DNA of 53,016 nt from an uncultured delta proteobacterium. Its GTDB lineage: Bacteria; Desulfobacterota; RBG-13-43-22. Below the pieces are notes generated by a model, which searched no databases, had not been told where the DNA came from, and saw nothing but the letters and a program-made list of their open reading frames with translations. The position numbers and the translations under genes are program-made. This document shows, in pieces, positions 27,676 through 38,682 of the stretch. The stretch spans positions 1 through 53,016 of the forward strand of contig CAVUPH010000040.1 of assembly GCA_963743305.1 (NCBI GenBank). The letters run 5' to 3'. Each line of letters begins with the position of its first letter. Position 1 is the first letter of the stretch.

Positions 27676-30600
27676 TTAGAGCTCCGTCACCTTGGTGGCC
27701 TTCTTCAGGTTCACCAGACAGGCTTTGTACTCCGGAATGGTGCAGTTGGGGTCACCCACCGAGGTGGTCAGCCTGTTCACGGCATCGCCGCACTTGGGCT
27801 TGGTCCAGCCGAAGGCGAAGGGCATGCCCACCAGATGCACGGTCTTGCCCATGACGGTGAAGGGCTGGATGCGCACCGTGACCATGGCCACGGCCTCGAC
27901 CTTGCCGCGCAGGCTTTCCACGACGACCACATCGCCGTTCTTGACGTCCTTTTCCTGAGCCAGTTGCGGGCTCAGCTCCACGTACTGCTGCGGTTCGGCC
28001 TCCAGCAGGGCCGGGCTGTTGCGCGTCTCCGAGCCGGAGCACCAGTGCTCGGTCAGGCAGTAGGTGGTGAGTACGATGGGGAAGCGCGGGTCGCCGTTGG
28101 CGCAGAGCACGTCGTATTCGCTGCCGCTGACCTTCTTCATGCAGGGATTGTTCATCTGCGGCGAGAAGGGGTTCACGGTGAGCGGGGTCTCCGCCGGCTC
28201 GTAGTGCTCGGGCAGCGGCCCGTCCTCGCGGCCGGGGCCGTAGAGCTGGCCGTGGCCGTCCGCGCACATGATGAACGGGTACTTGCCGCCCTTCAGGGCC
28301 ATGGGCGGCGCGGGGCCGTCGGGCACGTCGCCCACCCACTTGCCGTCCTGCCAGGCGATGACCGCCTTCTCCGGGTTGAAGGGATTGCCGTTTTTGTCCA
28401 CGCTGGCGCGGTTGTAGAGCACCCGCCGGTTAACGGGCCAGGCCCAGCCGAACTTCGGGTAGAGGTGGATCTTGGCCTGCATGGGTGTCTGGGTCAAGTC
28501 GCGGCGCTTGGCCAGGTTGCCCTCGGCCTCGGTATAGCCGCCGCAGTACACCCAGTTCAGGCTGGACGTGGAGCCATCGACCTGGAGGTTCGGGAAGCCG
28601 GGAACCAATTGACCCTTCTTGTACTCCTTGTCGCCGATTTTGGTGTCGCGGGTGAAGAAACCGTTGATCTTCTTGCACATCTCCTCGGCGTTGAACGTGG
28701 CCGGCAGCTCGTGCTTGAGCACCTGATCCGGCAGCGCACCGCCTTCCTTGGTGTAGAGGGCGCGGACGCGGCCCATGATCTGCACGAACATGTCGCCCAT
28801 GCTCCTGCACTGGCCGAGGGGCTCGATGGCCTTGTAGTGCCACATGTGCCAGCGGCCGGAGTTGGAGATGGTGCCTTCCTTCTCCGCGCGGTAGGCCGAG
28901 GGCAGAAGGAAGATCTCGGTCAGGCATTTCTTCGGGTCGGCGCCGGGCCGCTGGAAGTTGTCCGTGCTCTCGTTGTGGAACACCTCGCCCACCACCAGCC
29001 AGTCCAGCTTGTCCCAGGCCTTGCGGACCTTGTTCGAATTAGGGAAGCTTTGACAGGGGTTGTGCCCGAAGAGGAACCCGCCCTTGATCTTGCCCTGGTA
29101 CATGCGATCGAAGATGTACAGGTGCGAGTAGTCCTGGCCGGGGTCGAGTTTGGGCAGCAGTGCATAGCCGAAGTCGTTTTCCTTGGTGGCGTAGTCGCCG
29201 AACCAGCCCTTGAGCAGGCTGACGATGTACTTGGGCCGGTTGCTCCACCAGTTCACGCTCATGGGGTCGGCGGTGACCGGGGTATTGGCCTTCTGGTACT
29301 CTTCCAGGGTCTTCCAGGTGGCGATGGGCGTGTTGTGGTAGCCGGGGATGTAGCCGTAGAGCAGGGCGTGGTCGGTGGAGCCCTGCACGTTGGGCTCGCC
29401 GCGCAGGGCGTTGATGCCGCCGCCGGCGACGCCGAAGTTACCCAGCAGGAGCTGGATGATGCCCGCCAGGCGGATGTTCTGCACGCCCACGGTGTGCTGG
29501 GTCCAGCCGAGCGCATAAAGCATGGTCCCGGCCTTGTCCGGCTTTCCGGTGGCGGCGTAGGCCTCGTACACTTTCAGCAGATTTTCTTTGGATACGCCCG
29601 TGACCTGGGAGACGACATCCAGGTTGTAGCGCTCGTAGTGGTTCTTCAGCACGTTGATGACGCATCGGGGATGCTGGAGCGTCTTGTCGCGCTTCACCAG
29701 GCCCTTTTCGTCCTTCTCGAAGGCCCAGGCACTCTTGTCGTATTTCTTCTTGGCCGGGTCGAAGCCGGAGAACAGGCCGTCCTTGAAGGAGAACTTCTCG
29801 CCCACCAGGAAGCTCGCGTTGGTGTAGTCCAGCACGTAGTCGGAGAAGTACTTCTTGTTGTCCAGGATGTACTTGCACATGCCTCCCAGGAAGGCGATGT
29901 CCGTTCCGCTGCGCAGGGGCACGTGGAATGAACTGCGGGCCGAGGTGCGCGAGAATTTCGGGTCCACGTGGATGACCACGGCGCCCTTTTCCTTGGCCTT
30001 GAGCACCCAGCGGAAGGAGATGGGATGGTGTTCGGCAGCGTTGCTGCCCATGATTAGGATGGCATCGGCGTTGCCGATGTCCGTGTAGTGATTGGTCATG
30101 GCGCCGCGTCCAACCGACTCTGCCAGAGCCGGTACGGTGGGGCTGTGTCAGACTCGGGCCTGGTGGTCCATGTGGACCATGCCCAGGCTGCGCAGGGACT
30201 GATGCGCCACGGCGCACTCTTCGTTGGCCATCTGGGAGGAGCCCAGGGAAAACACGCTCTCCAGGCGGTTGACCTCCAGTCCGGCCTCGTTTTTCAACAC
30301 GAAGTCCTGGTCGCGCTGGTCCTTGACCTTGCGCGCGATGCGGTCCAGCATCCAGTCCCAGTCCTTCTCCACCCATTCGGCGCTGCCGGGGGCGCGGTAC
30401 AGGGGCTTGGTCAGCCGCTGCTCGTTGACGTGCAGCGAGCGCAGGGCCGCGCCTTTGGCGCACAGACCGCCGCCGCTGATGGGATAATCCGGGTCGCCCT
30501 CGATGTTGATGATCTTGCCGTCCTTGACGTGGACCAGGGTGTTGCACCCGACAGAACAAAATGGGCAGATGGAGATGGTCTCCTTGCTGCCCTCGATCTT

Positions 30601-30714
30601 GAGTCCGGCCGCATACGCCTGCGCCGGCCCCAGATCGATCCCGAGCTGTGACAGCCCCAGGCAGGCCGTGCCCGCCCCAACCACTTTGATGAACCCTCGC
30701 CGTGATACGTTCAT
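27676..30714 (-). CDS. fdnG: Tat-exported formate dehydrogenase alpha subunit, selenocysteine-containing (UGA at 30148-30150)
   Basis: SRRGFIK Tat motif; CPFCSVGC...LCAKG; HQARV-U-HSPTVPALAES.GRGAMTNH in one frame across the TGA; LRGEPNVQG. Confidence 0.95.
30113..30150 (-). other. Sec codon and SECIS hairpin of fdnG
   Basis: TGA followed after 14 nt by the stem ACCGGCTCT-GGC-AGAGTCGGT. Confidence 0.8.
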
Positions 30715-30736
30715 GCTTCCTCCTTTCGTCAAGCTA

Positions 30737-30799
30737 TAGGTCATTTTTGGCATTATTTAAAAAATATAAGGAAAGTCAATATGTTAGTTTTAACATATT
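30737..30799 (-). promoter_or_regulatory. fdnG promoter with two TATGTC-N6-GACATA-like palindromes
   Basis: TAGGTC-ATTTTT-GGCATT (30737-54) and AATATGTTA-GTTT-TAACATATT (30778-99) flanking a TTGACT -35 (30779-74). Confidence 0.6.
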
Positions 30800-30826
30800 A
30801 GATAAGCGGTCCGGAGGGACACGGGT

Positions 30827-30909
30827 AAGGGACTCGCAAAAAGTCCGTCACCCGCCCGAGCGCGAATGAGTGCCGGAGGCGAGATCCCCCGCCGATTGTG
30901 AGGTTATCA
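30827..30909. repeat. Degenerate copy of the MITE family seen at 46851..47008
   Basis: GACTCGCAAAAAGTC at the left and GTGAGGTTATCA at the right resemble the ends of the 46851 element. Confidence 0.35.
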
Positions 30910-30940
30910 AGATCCGAAAGGCTGAAAAAAAAGGGGACAC

Positions 30941-31378
30941 TCAAGGGATCCGGTTTTTGTTGGGGGAGGGGATGAACGGATCCGGATTCCGGGGAAAAGC
31001 CTGAATCTTCCAGGGCAGGGTCTGTTGACCGGCTTTCAAGGCTTCCTGTTCCACCCTATCAAACCAAAGGATGAATTTTTCCATGACCTCGCGACCCTTC
31101 TCGGTTAAATGAACCCCTTCCCGTTTGCAGGACCCGGGAGTGGTCAGTTTCATTCCCAGGATTTCCTCGGTTTTTTTAATTTTACCCCAGGCGGCCCGGT
31201 AGGACATGCCCAGGCTGTCAGCCGCTTTTTGCAGGGAGCCGTATTGGTCGATTTTTGCCAGGAGCAGTGCCCGTCCCAGTCCAAAGTATACCCCCTGACC
31301 GGTTTCCAGCCAGAGATGAAGGCGGATGGTGGGGAGGGCGACTTTTCTCTCCGGCAAGCGTGTAGATGGAATATTCAT
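30941..31378 (-). CDS. ModE-family winged-helix transcriptional regulator (no molybdate-binding TOBE domains)
   Basis: LWLE....FG.GRA.LL.KIDQYGSL.KAA..LGMSYRAAWGKIK. Confidence 0.9.
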   Translation of the reverse strand: MNIPSTRLPERKVALPTIRLHLWLETGQGVYFGLGRALLLAKIDQYGSLQKAADSLGMSYRAAWGKIKKTEEILGMKLTTPGSCKREGVHLTEKGREVMEKFILWFDRVEQEALKAGQQTLPWKIQAFPRNPDPFIPSPNKNRIP

Positions 31379-31444
31379 CTTCCCATAGGAAATGGAGGGG
31401 AGGTGCTGGGCCGGCAGCCCTGCCCCCGGGATCTCCGTCCCAAT

Positions 31445-32062
31445 TTAGACAGGTCCCAAAGGCCCAGGGCTAAGATAAGGGTTTTGGCCTTGGCAAGCCT
31501 TGCAGGCCGCACCGTCCCGAAGCGGGTACGGTTCTCGACAGGCGGGACAAAGGGTAATCCCGCCTCGCGGGTCTTTTCCCAGAAAATGGGGTTGCAGGTG
31601 CACCGGTTCCATACCGGAAATGCCGGGGCCGGCATCCCGGATCTCGTTCAACAACTCGTCCGTATCCTGATCGGACTTGTCTTGCAGCTTGAACAGCCAG
31701 GTTTTTATCCTGGGCCAGGGTTCCAGCTTTTTCGCATCCAGAAAGACCCGTATCCCGCTCCCATCCTTTTTATCATAGAGGCTCAGGGCAAAACGACCCA
31801 GGTCGATGACCCGGAGCCTACCGTTTCCCGTGGTACAGGGGGTCAGCAATTGAATCGCGTCCGGCAGGCAATGGGAGGTTTCGCAAAGGGCTTCGAAGAG
31901 GATCCCCGGCGGCAGGTTTCGCAGGGCCAGATCTACCATAAATCCACCCAGGATCAGGCCGGGGGAGGCGAAGCCGTGAAAGGCTTCCGCGTAATTTTTG
32001 TATTCTTCAAAGGAAAAAGAACCGATTTTTGGAGCGGGCGGATTTTTTTGCGGTTGGGGCAT
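31445..32062 (-). CDS. FmdE family protein (formylmethanofuran dehydrogenase subunit E-like)
   Basis: FHGF.SPG..LGG.MV, CET..CLPDAIQLLTPCT.GNG, C-terminal CPAC.E.YP...C.ACQG zinc finger. Confidence 0.88.
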   Translation of the reverse strand: MPQPQKNPPAPKIGSFSFEEYKNYAEAFHGFASPGLILGGFMVDLALRNLPPGILFEALCETSHCLPDAIQLLTPCTTGNGRLRVIDLGRFALSLYDKKDGSGIRVFLDAKKLEPWPRIKTWLFKLQDKSDQDTDELLNEIRDAGPGISGMEPVHLQPHFLGKDPRGGITLCPACREPYPLRDGAACKACQGQNPYLSPGPLGPV

Positions 32063-32091
32063 CCGGTGTTCTATCCTCTAGCTGCTTATTT

Positions 32092-34800
32092 TTAACCGGC
32101 CGACGATCGGATTTTTTCCACCCGGACGGCGCAGGCCTTGTATTCCGCGGTCAGGGAGACCGGGTCGTAGACCGGGTTGGTCAACCAATTGGCATTGGTT
32201 TCCCGGAAATGGAAAGACATCCAGACCAGGCCCGCCGGCACTTGATCGGTCACCTTGGCCTTGATTTCCACCTTTCCTCGCCGGGAAATGACGCGGACCG
32301 GATCCCCGTCCCGGATCCCCAGCCGGGCGGCATCCGCCGGGGAGAGATCGGCCGTTTCTTCGGACATCAGTTCATTGAGGCCGGGGGCGCGTCCGGTCTG
32401 GGTCCGGGTATGGTAATGATACAGGCGCCTTCCGGTGGAGAGCACGAAGGGATAATCCCGGTCCGGGACTTCGGCCGGCGGGGTCCAGTCAAGGGGTTGA
32501 AATTGCCCCAGCCCGCAGGTGAAGCAACCGTCCTGGTGGAGGGTGGGCGTTCCCGGGTGGGACAGGTCCGGCACCGGCCACTGCAGTCCGTCGCCTTCCA
32601 GACGGGCGTACTGGACGCCGGTTAATTGGGGGGCCAGGCGGGAAATTTCCTGGTCCCAGATCTCTTGGGCACTTTGGGAGGGCCATTCCTGGCCCATCCT
32701 TCGGGCCAGTTCCCGGAAGATCCACCAATTGGGTCGGGCCAGGCCCGGCGGTTCGGATACCTTCCGCACCCGGCTGACCCGCCGTTCGGAGTTGGTAAAG
32801 GTGCCTTCGTTTTCGCTCCAGGCGGCGGCCGGAAAGACCACGTGGGCAAAACGGGTGGTTTCGTTGGGGAAGATGTCCTGGCAGACGAGGAACTCGGTGG
32901 AGGCCAGGCAATGCTCCACGTGCCGGATATCCGGTTCGGTATTGGCCAGGTTCTCACCGAAGACATAGAAGCCCTTAATCGAACCGCTGAGCAGGCCGTC
33001 AAACATCTCCGGCATCATCAACCCCGGCTTGTCCGGCAGCGTTACTCCCCAAGCCTCCTCGAACTTCTTCCGGGCGGCCGGGACGGCCACCTTTTGATAC
33101 CCGGGGAAGACATCGGGCAAGGCCCCCACGTCGCAGGCCCCCTGCACGTTGTTCTGGCCCCGCAGCGGATTGACGCCGCCGCATTCGAAGCCGACGTTGC
33201 CCAGCAGCATCTGCAGGTTGGCGCAGCTCATGACGTTGTTCACGCCGCAGGTGTGTTCGGTGATGCCCAGCGTATACATGAGCATGGCCGGCCTGACGGC
33301 CGCCAGACGGCGGGCTGCTTCGCGGATCAGTTCGGCGCTGAGGCCCGTGATTTCCGCCGCCCGCTCGGGGGGATATTCCAGGACTTTGGCCTTGAGGGCC
33401 TCAAACCCCATGGTGCAGGAATTGACGTATTTTTGATCGTAGAGGTTTTCGGTTACCAGCACCTGCATCAGGCCGTTGAGCAATGCTACGTCCGAACCGA
33501 CCTTCAAGGGCAGGTGCAGGTTGGCCATTTCCGCCAGGTCGGTGCGACGCGGGTCGACCACGATCAACTGGGCCCCGTTGATCGCGGCTTGTTTGACAAA
33601 GGTGGCGGCCACCGGATGGGCCTCGGTCATGTTGGATCCGATAACCAGAATCAGTTTAGCCTTGGCGAAATCGGCAAAAGAGTTGGTCATGGCCCCCGAA
33701 CCGAACGAGGTCGCCAACCCGGCGACCGTGGGGGCGTGTCAAGTGCGGGCGCAGTGATCGATGTTGTTGGTGCCGATCACCGCCCGGAATAATTTCTGCA
33801 TGTTGTACGAATCTTCGCTGATGCTCCGGGCGCAACTGACTCCGGCGAGGGCCTCCGGCCCATGGGCGGCTTTGATCTCCTGGAACTTTCGGGCCACCAA
33901 ATCCAGGGCTTCGTCCCAGGAGGCTTCCCGGAAACCGTCCTTTTCCCGGATAAGCGGGGTCTTCAACCGCTCGGGGGAGTAGATGAAGTCGTATCCGAAA
34001 CGGCCTTTCACACAGAGACGGCCCCGGTTGGGCTGGGCCTCTTCGACCCCGGTGACCTTGATAATTTTTCCTTTTCGGACATGGAGCCACAGTTGGCAGC
34101 CTACCCCGCAGTAAGGGCAAGTGGTCCGAGTCTGCGTAGTCTCCCAGGTCCGTCCCTGCCCCCGCGCTTTTTTGGCCACCAGCGCCCCCACCGGGCAGAC
34201 CTGGAGGCATTCCCCGCAAAAGACGCAGGTGGACTGACTCAAGGGCCGGTCGCCCGCGGTGATGACCTTGCGGTAAATCCCGCGTTCTCCCATCTGGATC
34301 ACCCGGTTGACCTGGACCTCGTTGCAGGCCTTGACGCAGCGTCCGCAGGCCAGGCATTTGGAAAAGTCGCGGATGATAAAGGGGTTGTCGGTCTCGGCGG
34401 GGATCCCGGAGATTTGGAAAGGGGCGTCACCCCGTTTGATGCCGTACTGATAGGCCAAATCCTGCAGGCGGCAATCGCCGCTGGACTCACAAATCAGGCA
34501 ATTGTGGTCGCCGCTGTCGATCAGCATCTCCAGGATCTGCCGTCGGGCCTCCTGGACCTTGAAGGAGTCCGTCCGGATAATCATTCCCGGTTCTGCCGGA
34601 GTGGCGCAAGCCGCCAACAGCCGGTCGGCCCCTTCCACCTCGACCACGCAGACCCGGCAGGTTTCGGAGGGAGAGACCCCTTCCAGATGACACAAAGTGG
34701 GGATGAATACGCCGACGGAACGGGCTACCTCCAAGATCGTCCGACCCGAGTGAAAATCCACCTTTCGATCATTCAACATCAATGTCAGGATAGGCGCCAT
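32092..34800 (-). CDS. fdhF: Cytoplasmic formate dehydrogenase alpha subunit with N-terminal 2Fe-2S/4Fe-4S domains, selenocysteine-containing (UGA at 33739-33741)
   Basis: IPTLC..CRVCVVE, H.C.IC...C.LQ, two ferredoxin motifs, CPYCGVGC...LCVKG; [35 protein letters not shown]. Confidence 0.95.
33709..33741 (-). other. Sec codon and SECIS hairpin of fdhF
   Basis: TGA, 11 nt, then the stem GGTCGCC-GGGTT-GGCGACC. Confidence 0.85.
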
Positions 34801-34871
34801 GAGCTTTCATTCCCCTTGTCTTGAGTGTAGTCTTCAGGTAAATAGGTTGAATCCCAGCGGATCGGTTAGGG

Positions 34872-34902
34872 AATATATGTCATTTTTGACATAGATAGTC
34901 AA
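34872..34902 (-). promoter_or_regulatory. fdhF promoter with a TATGTC-ATTTTT-GACATA operator
   Basis: Palindrome at 34876-34893 lies between TTGACT (34902-34897) and the -10 region. Confidence 0.7.
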
Positions 34903-35048
34903 GAATAATTGGCGGGCCTCCTAATCCGATCTTCGGATTAAGAAACCTAGTTGCAAAACAATCCTTCCCCATGGTATCCATACATCAACCAAAAATTTTT
35001 GAATTCTTGGTTGGAAATTCGAATTTTTACTATTTTCCGGGAGGCGCC

Positions 35049-35735
35049 ATGCCATTCATTGTTTCAGTCGTCGGCTATAAGAAAAGCGGCAAGACGACCT
35101 TGGTCGAGCAGTTGATCCCTATATTAAAATCAAAGGGTTACAAACTCGGGGTTTTGAAGCATACCGGGGAGGGGCTGTCGGAAGAAACGGAAGGGAAAGA
35201 CACCGCCAAGTTCCGGACGGCCGGGGCCGAGACGGTGGGCTTCTGCGGGGAGGATCATTTTTCCCTGTTCAAAGCGGAAGGGCAACCGGCCCTGCCGTTG
35301 GACCGGCTGGCGGCCTTCTTTTTCCCCGAGGCGGACCTGGTGCTGACGGAGGGGTTTAAGAAACAATCCTACCCCAAAATTGCCCTGCTCTCGGAGGGTC
35401 AGGAGGAAAAACTGTTGGCCGAGGTTCAGGGGGTCATCCTGGCTACCGTGGGCCCCAAGCCTTTTCGGGAAAATCTGCCTCATTTTCAACCGGAGGAGGC
35501 CGAGGGGATCGTGGACCTGCTGGAGCAGCGATTTTTGAAGGAGCGTCATGAACCCCGGATTCGGGTTTGGTTGGACGGTAAGCGGATACCGATGAAGGAT
35601 TTTGTCCAGGATATCATCATCCAGGGGATCATGGGCATGCTGGGGACCTTGAGAGGGTTCGTCCCGGCCGGACGAGTGGACATCACCCTGACTCCCCAGG
35701 AGACCTCCGCCGAAGGGAAGGCCAAGAAAAAATGA
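35049..35735 (+). CDS. mobB: Molybdopterin-guanine dinucleotide biosynthesis protein B
   Basis: VVGYKKSGKTTL, LKH, GKDT.KF..AGA, DLVLTEGFK; GGAGG RBS before 35049. Confidence 0.9.
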   Translation: MPFIVSVVGYKKSGKTTLVEQLIPILKSKGYKLGVLKHTGEGLSEETEGKDTAKFRTAGAETVGFCGEDHFSLFKAEGQPALPLDRLAAFFFPEADLVLTEGFKKQSYPKIALLSEGQEEKLLAEVQGVILATVGPKPFRENLPHFQPEEAEGIVDLLEQRFLKERHEPRIRVWLDGKRIPMKDFVQDIIIQGIMGMLGTLRGFVPAGRVDITLTPQETSAEGKAKKK

Positions 35736-36670
35736 CGGATCCCCAGCCGCTGCGTGTGGCCGTACTCTACGGGGGAAAATCCTCCGAACGGGATGTTTCC
35801 CTGGCCAGCGGAAACCAGGTGATGCGATCCCTGGATCCGGTCCGCTACCGGGTAACCGGCTATGACCTGCGCGATGACTTGCCCCGCCTGGTGGCCGAGG
35901 CCCCCTCCATCGATGTGGCCCTGATCATACTCCACGGACGGTACGGGGAGGATGGCACGGTTCAGGGTTTATTGGAACTACTGGGGGTACCCTACCAGGG
36001 TTCCGGAGTGCTGGGGAGCGCCCTGGCCATGAATAAAAGGCTGACCAAGTTCATGTATTGCCAGGCGGGTCTTCCGGTGGCCCGGGATTGGACGGTATCC
36101 CGGGGCCGACCCTTTTCAGTTGAGGCCCTTATTGAAGATCTGGGCTTCCCGCTGGTGATCAAACCCAACCAGGAGGGTTCCAGTTTCGGGGTGACGATTG
36201 TCCGGGATAAGGTCCAGTTGGAAGAAGGGGTGAATAAGGCCTTTCTGCTGGACCAGGAGGTCCTGGTAGAAGAATATCTGGCCGGCCGGGAGATAACCTG
36301 CGGGGTCCTGGGTAATTCCGAATTGCAGGCCCTACCCTTGGTGGAGATCATTCCCACAGAGAAATATGACTTTTTCGACTACGAAGCCAAATATAAAGAT
36401 GGGGCCTCCCGGGAGCTCTGTCCGGCCCCGATCAGTCCGGAAATCACCCGCCAGGCCCAGGAATACGGGATCCGGGCCCACCAGGTTCTGGGCCTGCGGG
36501 GATACAGCCGTACAGACATGATTGTCCGAGGAGAAAAAATTATACTTTTGGAAACCAATACCATACCGGGAATGACCAGAACCAGCCTTTTCCCCCAGGC
36601 CGCCCAGGTCGCAGGATTGACCTTCGGTGCCTTATTGGATCGGTTGATTGAATTGGCCTTAGAGAAATAA
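35732..36670 (+). CDS. ddl: D-alanine--D-alanine ligase
   Basis: GGKSSERDVSL.SG, LHGRYGEDG.VQG, KP..EGSS.G, FDYEAKY, LETNTIPGMT. Confidence 0.95.
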   Translation: MTDPQPLRVAVLYGGKSSERDVSLASGNQVMRSLDPVRYRVTGYDLRDDLPRLVAEAPSIDVALIILHGRYGEDGTVQGLLELLGVPYQGSGVLGSALAMNKRLTKFMYCQAGLPVARDWTVSRGRPFSVEALIEDLGFPLVIKPNQEGSSFGVTIVRDKVQLEEGVNKAFLLDQEVLVEEYLAGREITCGVLGNSELQALPLVEIIPTEKYDFFDYEAKYKDGASRELCPAPISPEITRQAQEYGIRAHQVLGLRGYSRTDMIVRGEKIILLETNTIPGMTRTSLFPQAAQVAGLTFGALLDRLIELALEK

Positions 36671-36761
36671 AATTCGTCATCTGACCGAAGCGCTCTGTTT
36701 CAAGACCCGGAGAATTTTCCAGGCAATGATTTCATAACCGAATTTAAAGATTACCAAACAA

Positions 36762-36795
36762 AAAAAGGAGATACTTTTTACAGTATCTCCTTTTT
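36762..36795. terminator. Bidirectional intrinsic terminator between ddl and sat
   Basis: AAAAAGGAGATACT...AGTATCTCCTTTTT. Confidence 0.85.
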
Positions 36796-36820
36796 AGTTT
36801 TTCAAACCAAACCGAAGGGA

Positions 36821-38092
36821 TTATTTTCCGGTAGCAGCCCCATGCAGTTTGACCTCAACTTTTTCAGTCAGACCGGCATAGTATTCTCGGAGAATATCCA
36901 GAACCTCCTCGCGACCGAAATGATCGGCAATCGGCGTGCCTTCGGACAGGCCCTTACGCAGTGCCGTACCGCTCAGAAGGACCCGTTCTTTCTTGTCGTG
37001 GGGGCAGGTTCTCAAAGAAGCCATGCCGTCGCATTTGTAGCAGTAGAATGTCCAGTCGATCTTCAGCGGGGTGCAAAGCAAGGCTTTTCCGCCAGCCGGC
37101 TTGGGAATCTTGTTAAAAATGGTCTGGGCTTCAAACATGCCGTAAAAATCACCAACACCGGCATGGTCACGGCCGATAATCATCCTGGAGCACCCGTAAT
37201 TTTGACGGAAGGTGGCATGAAGCAGGGCTTCACGGGGGCCGGCATAACGCATATCCAGCGGATAACCGCCCTGAAGGACTTTGTCTTCTACGAAATAATT
37301 CTTTACCAGCGCGTCGATACATTTCACGCGAACTTCGGCAGGAATGTCCCCCGGTTTCAGGTTGCCCACCAGAGAGTGAATAAAAACGCCGTCACATACT
37401 TCTACAGCGATTTTGCAGAGATATTCGTGAGAACGATGCATGGGGTTACGCAGCTGCAGGGCGGCCACTTCACTCCAGCCTCTTTCTTCAAAAATCTTTC
37501 TGGATTCAGCCGGTCTCATATAAACGCCGGCATATTTGGTGGGATATTCGGCTTCACTGAGTACTTTTACCGGGCCGGCCAGATTGACATCTTTTTGGCT
37601 CATGACCATCTGAACGCCGGGATGATCATCTTTGGCAATTTTCCAGAAGTCTTCTACGGTCTTGGTCCCCTCGCCCATAAAAGTTTTTTCGCATTCGAAC
37701 TTTTTGTCGGCCGCGGTCATTTCGTATTTTTCGGTAACCTTCATGGTAGCCATGAATTCCTTACGTTCCGGGTCGAACAGGGCGATCTCTTCACCGATCG
37801 CTATCGCTGCGGCTTCTTCCTTGGAAGCGGAAAGCGTAACCGGGATGGGCCAAAACGTTCCGTCAGCCAGAAGATAATTATCCAAAACGCCTTTCCAGTC
37901 TGCCTTGGTCATAAAACCGGTCAGGGGGCTGAACCCCCCAATACCCATCATGATCAAATCGCCTTTTTCACGGGGGCTGACATCGATTTTTTTGAATCCT
38001 TGAGCTTTTTTCAATTCTGCCGCCAACTCTGCGCCTTCAAGCAAGCAGCAGGTCAAACCTTTTCCGCCATGAGGTGGGAGTAATCCAGACAT
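36821..38092 (-). CDS. sat: Sulfate adenylyltransferase (dissimilatory type)
   Basis: [53 protein letters not shown]; AGGAG RBS. Confidence 0.97.
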   Translation of the reverse strand: MSGLLPPHGGKGLTCCLLEGAELAAELKKAQGFKKIDVSPREKGDLIMMGIGGFSPLTGFMTKADWKGVLDNYLLADGTFWPIPVTLSASKEEAAAIAIGEEIALFDPERKEFMATMKVTEKYEMTAADKKFECEKTFMGEGTKTVEDFWKIAKDDHPGVQMVMSQKDVNLAGPVKVLSEAEYPTKYAGVYMRPAESRKIFEERGWSEVAALQLRNPMHRSHEYLCKIAVEVCDGVFIHSLVGNLKPGDIPAEVRVKCIDALVKNYFVEDKVLQGGYPLDMRYAGPREALLHATFRQNYGCSRMIIGRDHAGVGDFYGMFEAQTIFNKIPKPAGGKALLCTPLKIDWTFYCYKCDGMASLRTCPHDKKERVLLSGTALRKGLSEGTPIADHFGREEVLDILREYYAGLTEKVEVKLHGAATGK

Positions 38093-38204
38093 CTGTTCCT
38101 TTCTCCTTTCAATGCTTATTGGGTTCATAAGGTAATTACATGGAACCTTCCATGACCACTTTCCATACGACGTTACGCATTTAATCAAAACCTTGAATTA
38201 AGTC

Positions 38205-38222
38205 AAGTGAAAAAATATACAA
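38205..38222. promoter_or_regulatory. Possible Rex-type operator next to the sat -35
   Basis: AAGTGAAAAAATATACAA partly matches TTGTGAA-N4-TTCACAA; abuts TTGACT on the minus strand. Confidence 0.4.
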
Positions 38223-38626
38223 AAAGAAGATACCGAAGAGAAGATGAACTATAAAGGGGGGTGAAGGAGGGAAAAAGCCTTCTAATTTGACAGGAAAATA
38301 TCGAGCAAACCTTTCAATAGAATGAGGGAGTCAGCCGGTGAGTGAACTCCCAGTGATGAATAATTCCTTTCAGTGTCTTGTTAGATCGGCTGATTGAGTT
38401 AGCCTTAGAAGGGAAAAAGTCTTTAGATCCCCTCAACTGAGGATCGCCAATTAATTAAGATGTTGTGGGTATCGGAAGACGGTCCACAAGGTTTGGGGTA
38501 CCTTGTATCATTATTCATTTGTTGAGGCTTTCCGGAACGTGGACAGAGTTCAAGGGCGAAGGCCATCAGCCATTTGCGGTTTCCCTTGAGCTCGTAAGTT
38601 ATTTTATTAACCGAGCATTTTTTCCC

Positions 38627-38682
38627 TTGACAAAAAAATTGAATCTGGTATACGTAGGGCTTTCTTGTTCCAATATTCACAA
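38627..38682 (+). promoter_or_regulatory. aprBA promoter with a downstream Rex-like operator
   Basis: TTGACA (38627-32)...TG-TATACG; TTGTTCC-AATA-TTCACAA at 38665-82. Confidence 0.5.

Noticed and set aside
27835-29931. 698-aa plus-strand ORF
   Set aside because: Antisense shadow of the GC-rich fdnG gene; no motifs
30148-33741. In-frame stops in both FDH alpha genes read as pseudogenes
   Set aside because: Both TGAs fall at the catalytic Sec position, stay in frame and are followed by SECIS-like stems
34922-34940. TAATCCGA-TCT-TCGGATTA palindrome between fdhF and mobB
   Set aside because: Single occurrence with no matching site in the window; function cannot be supported
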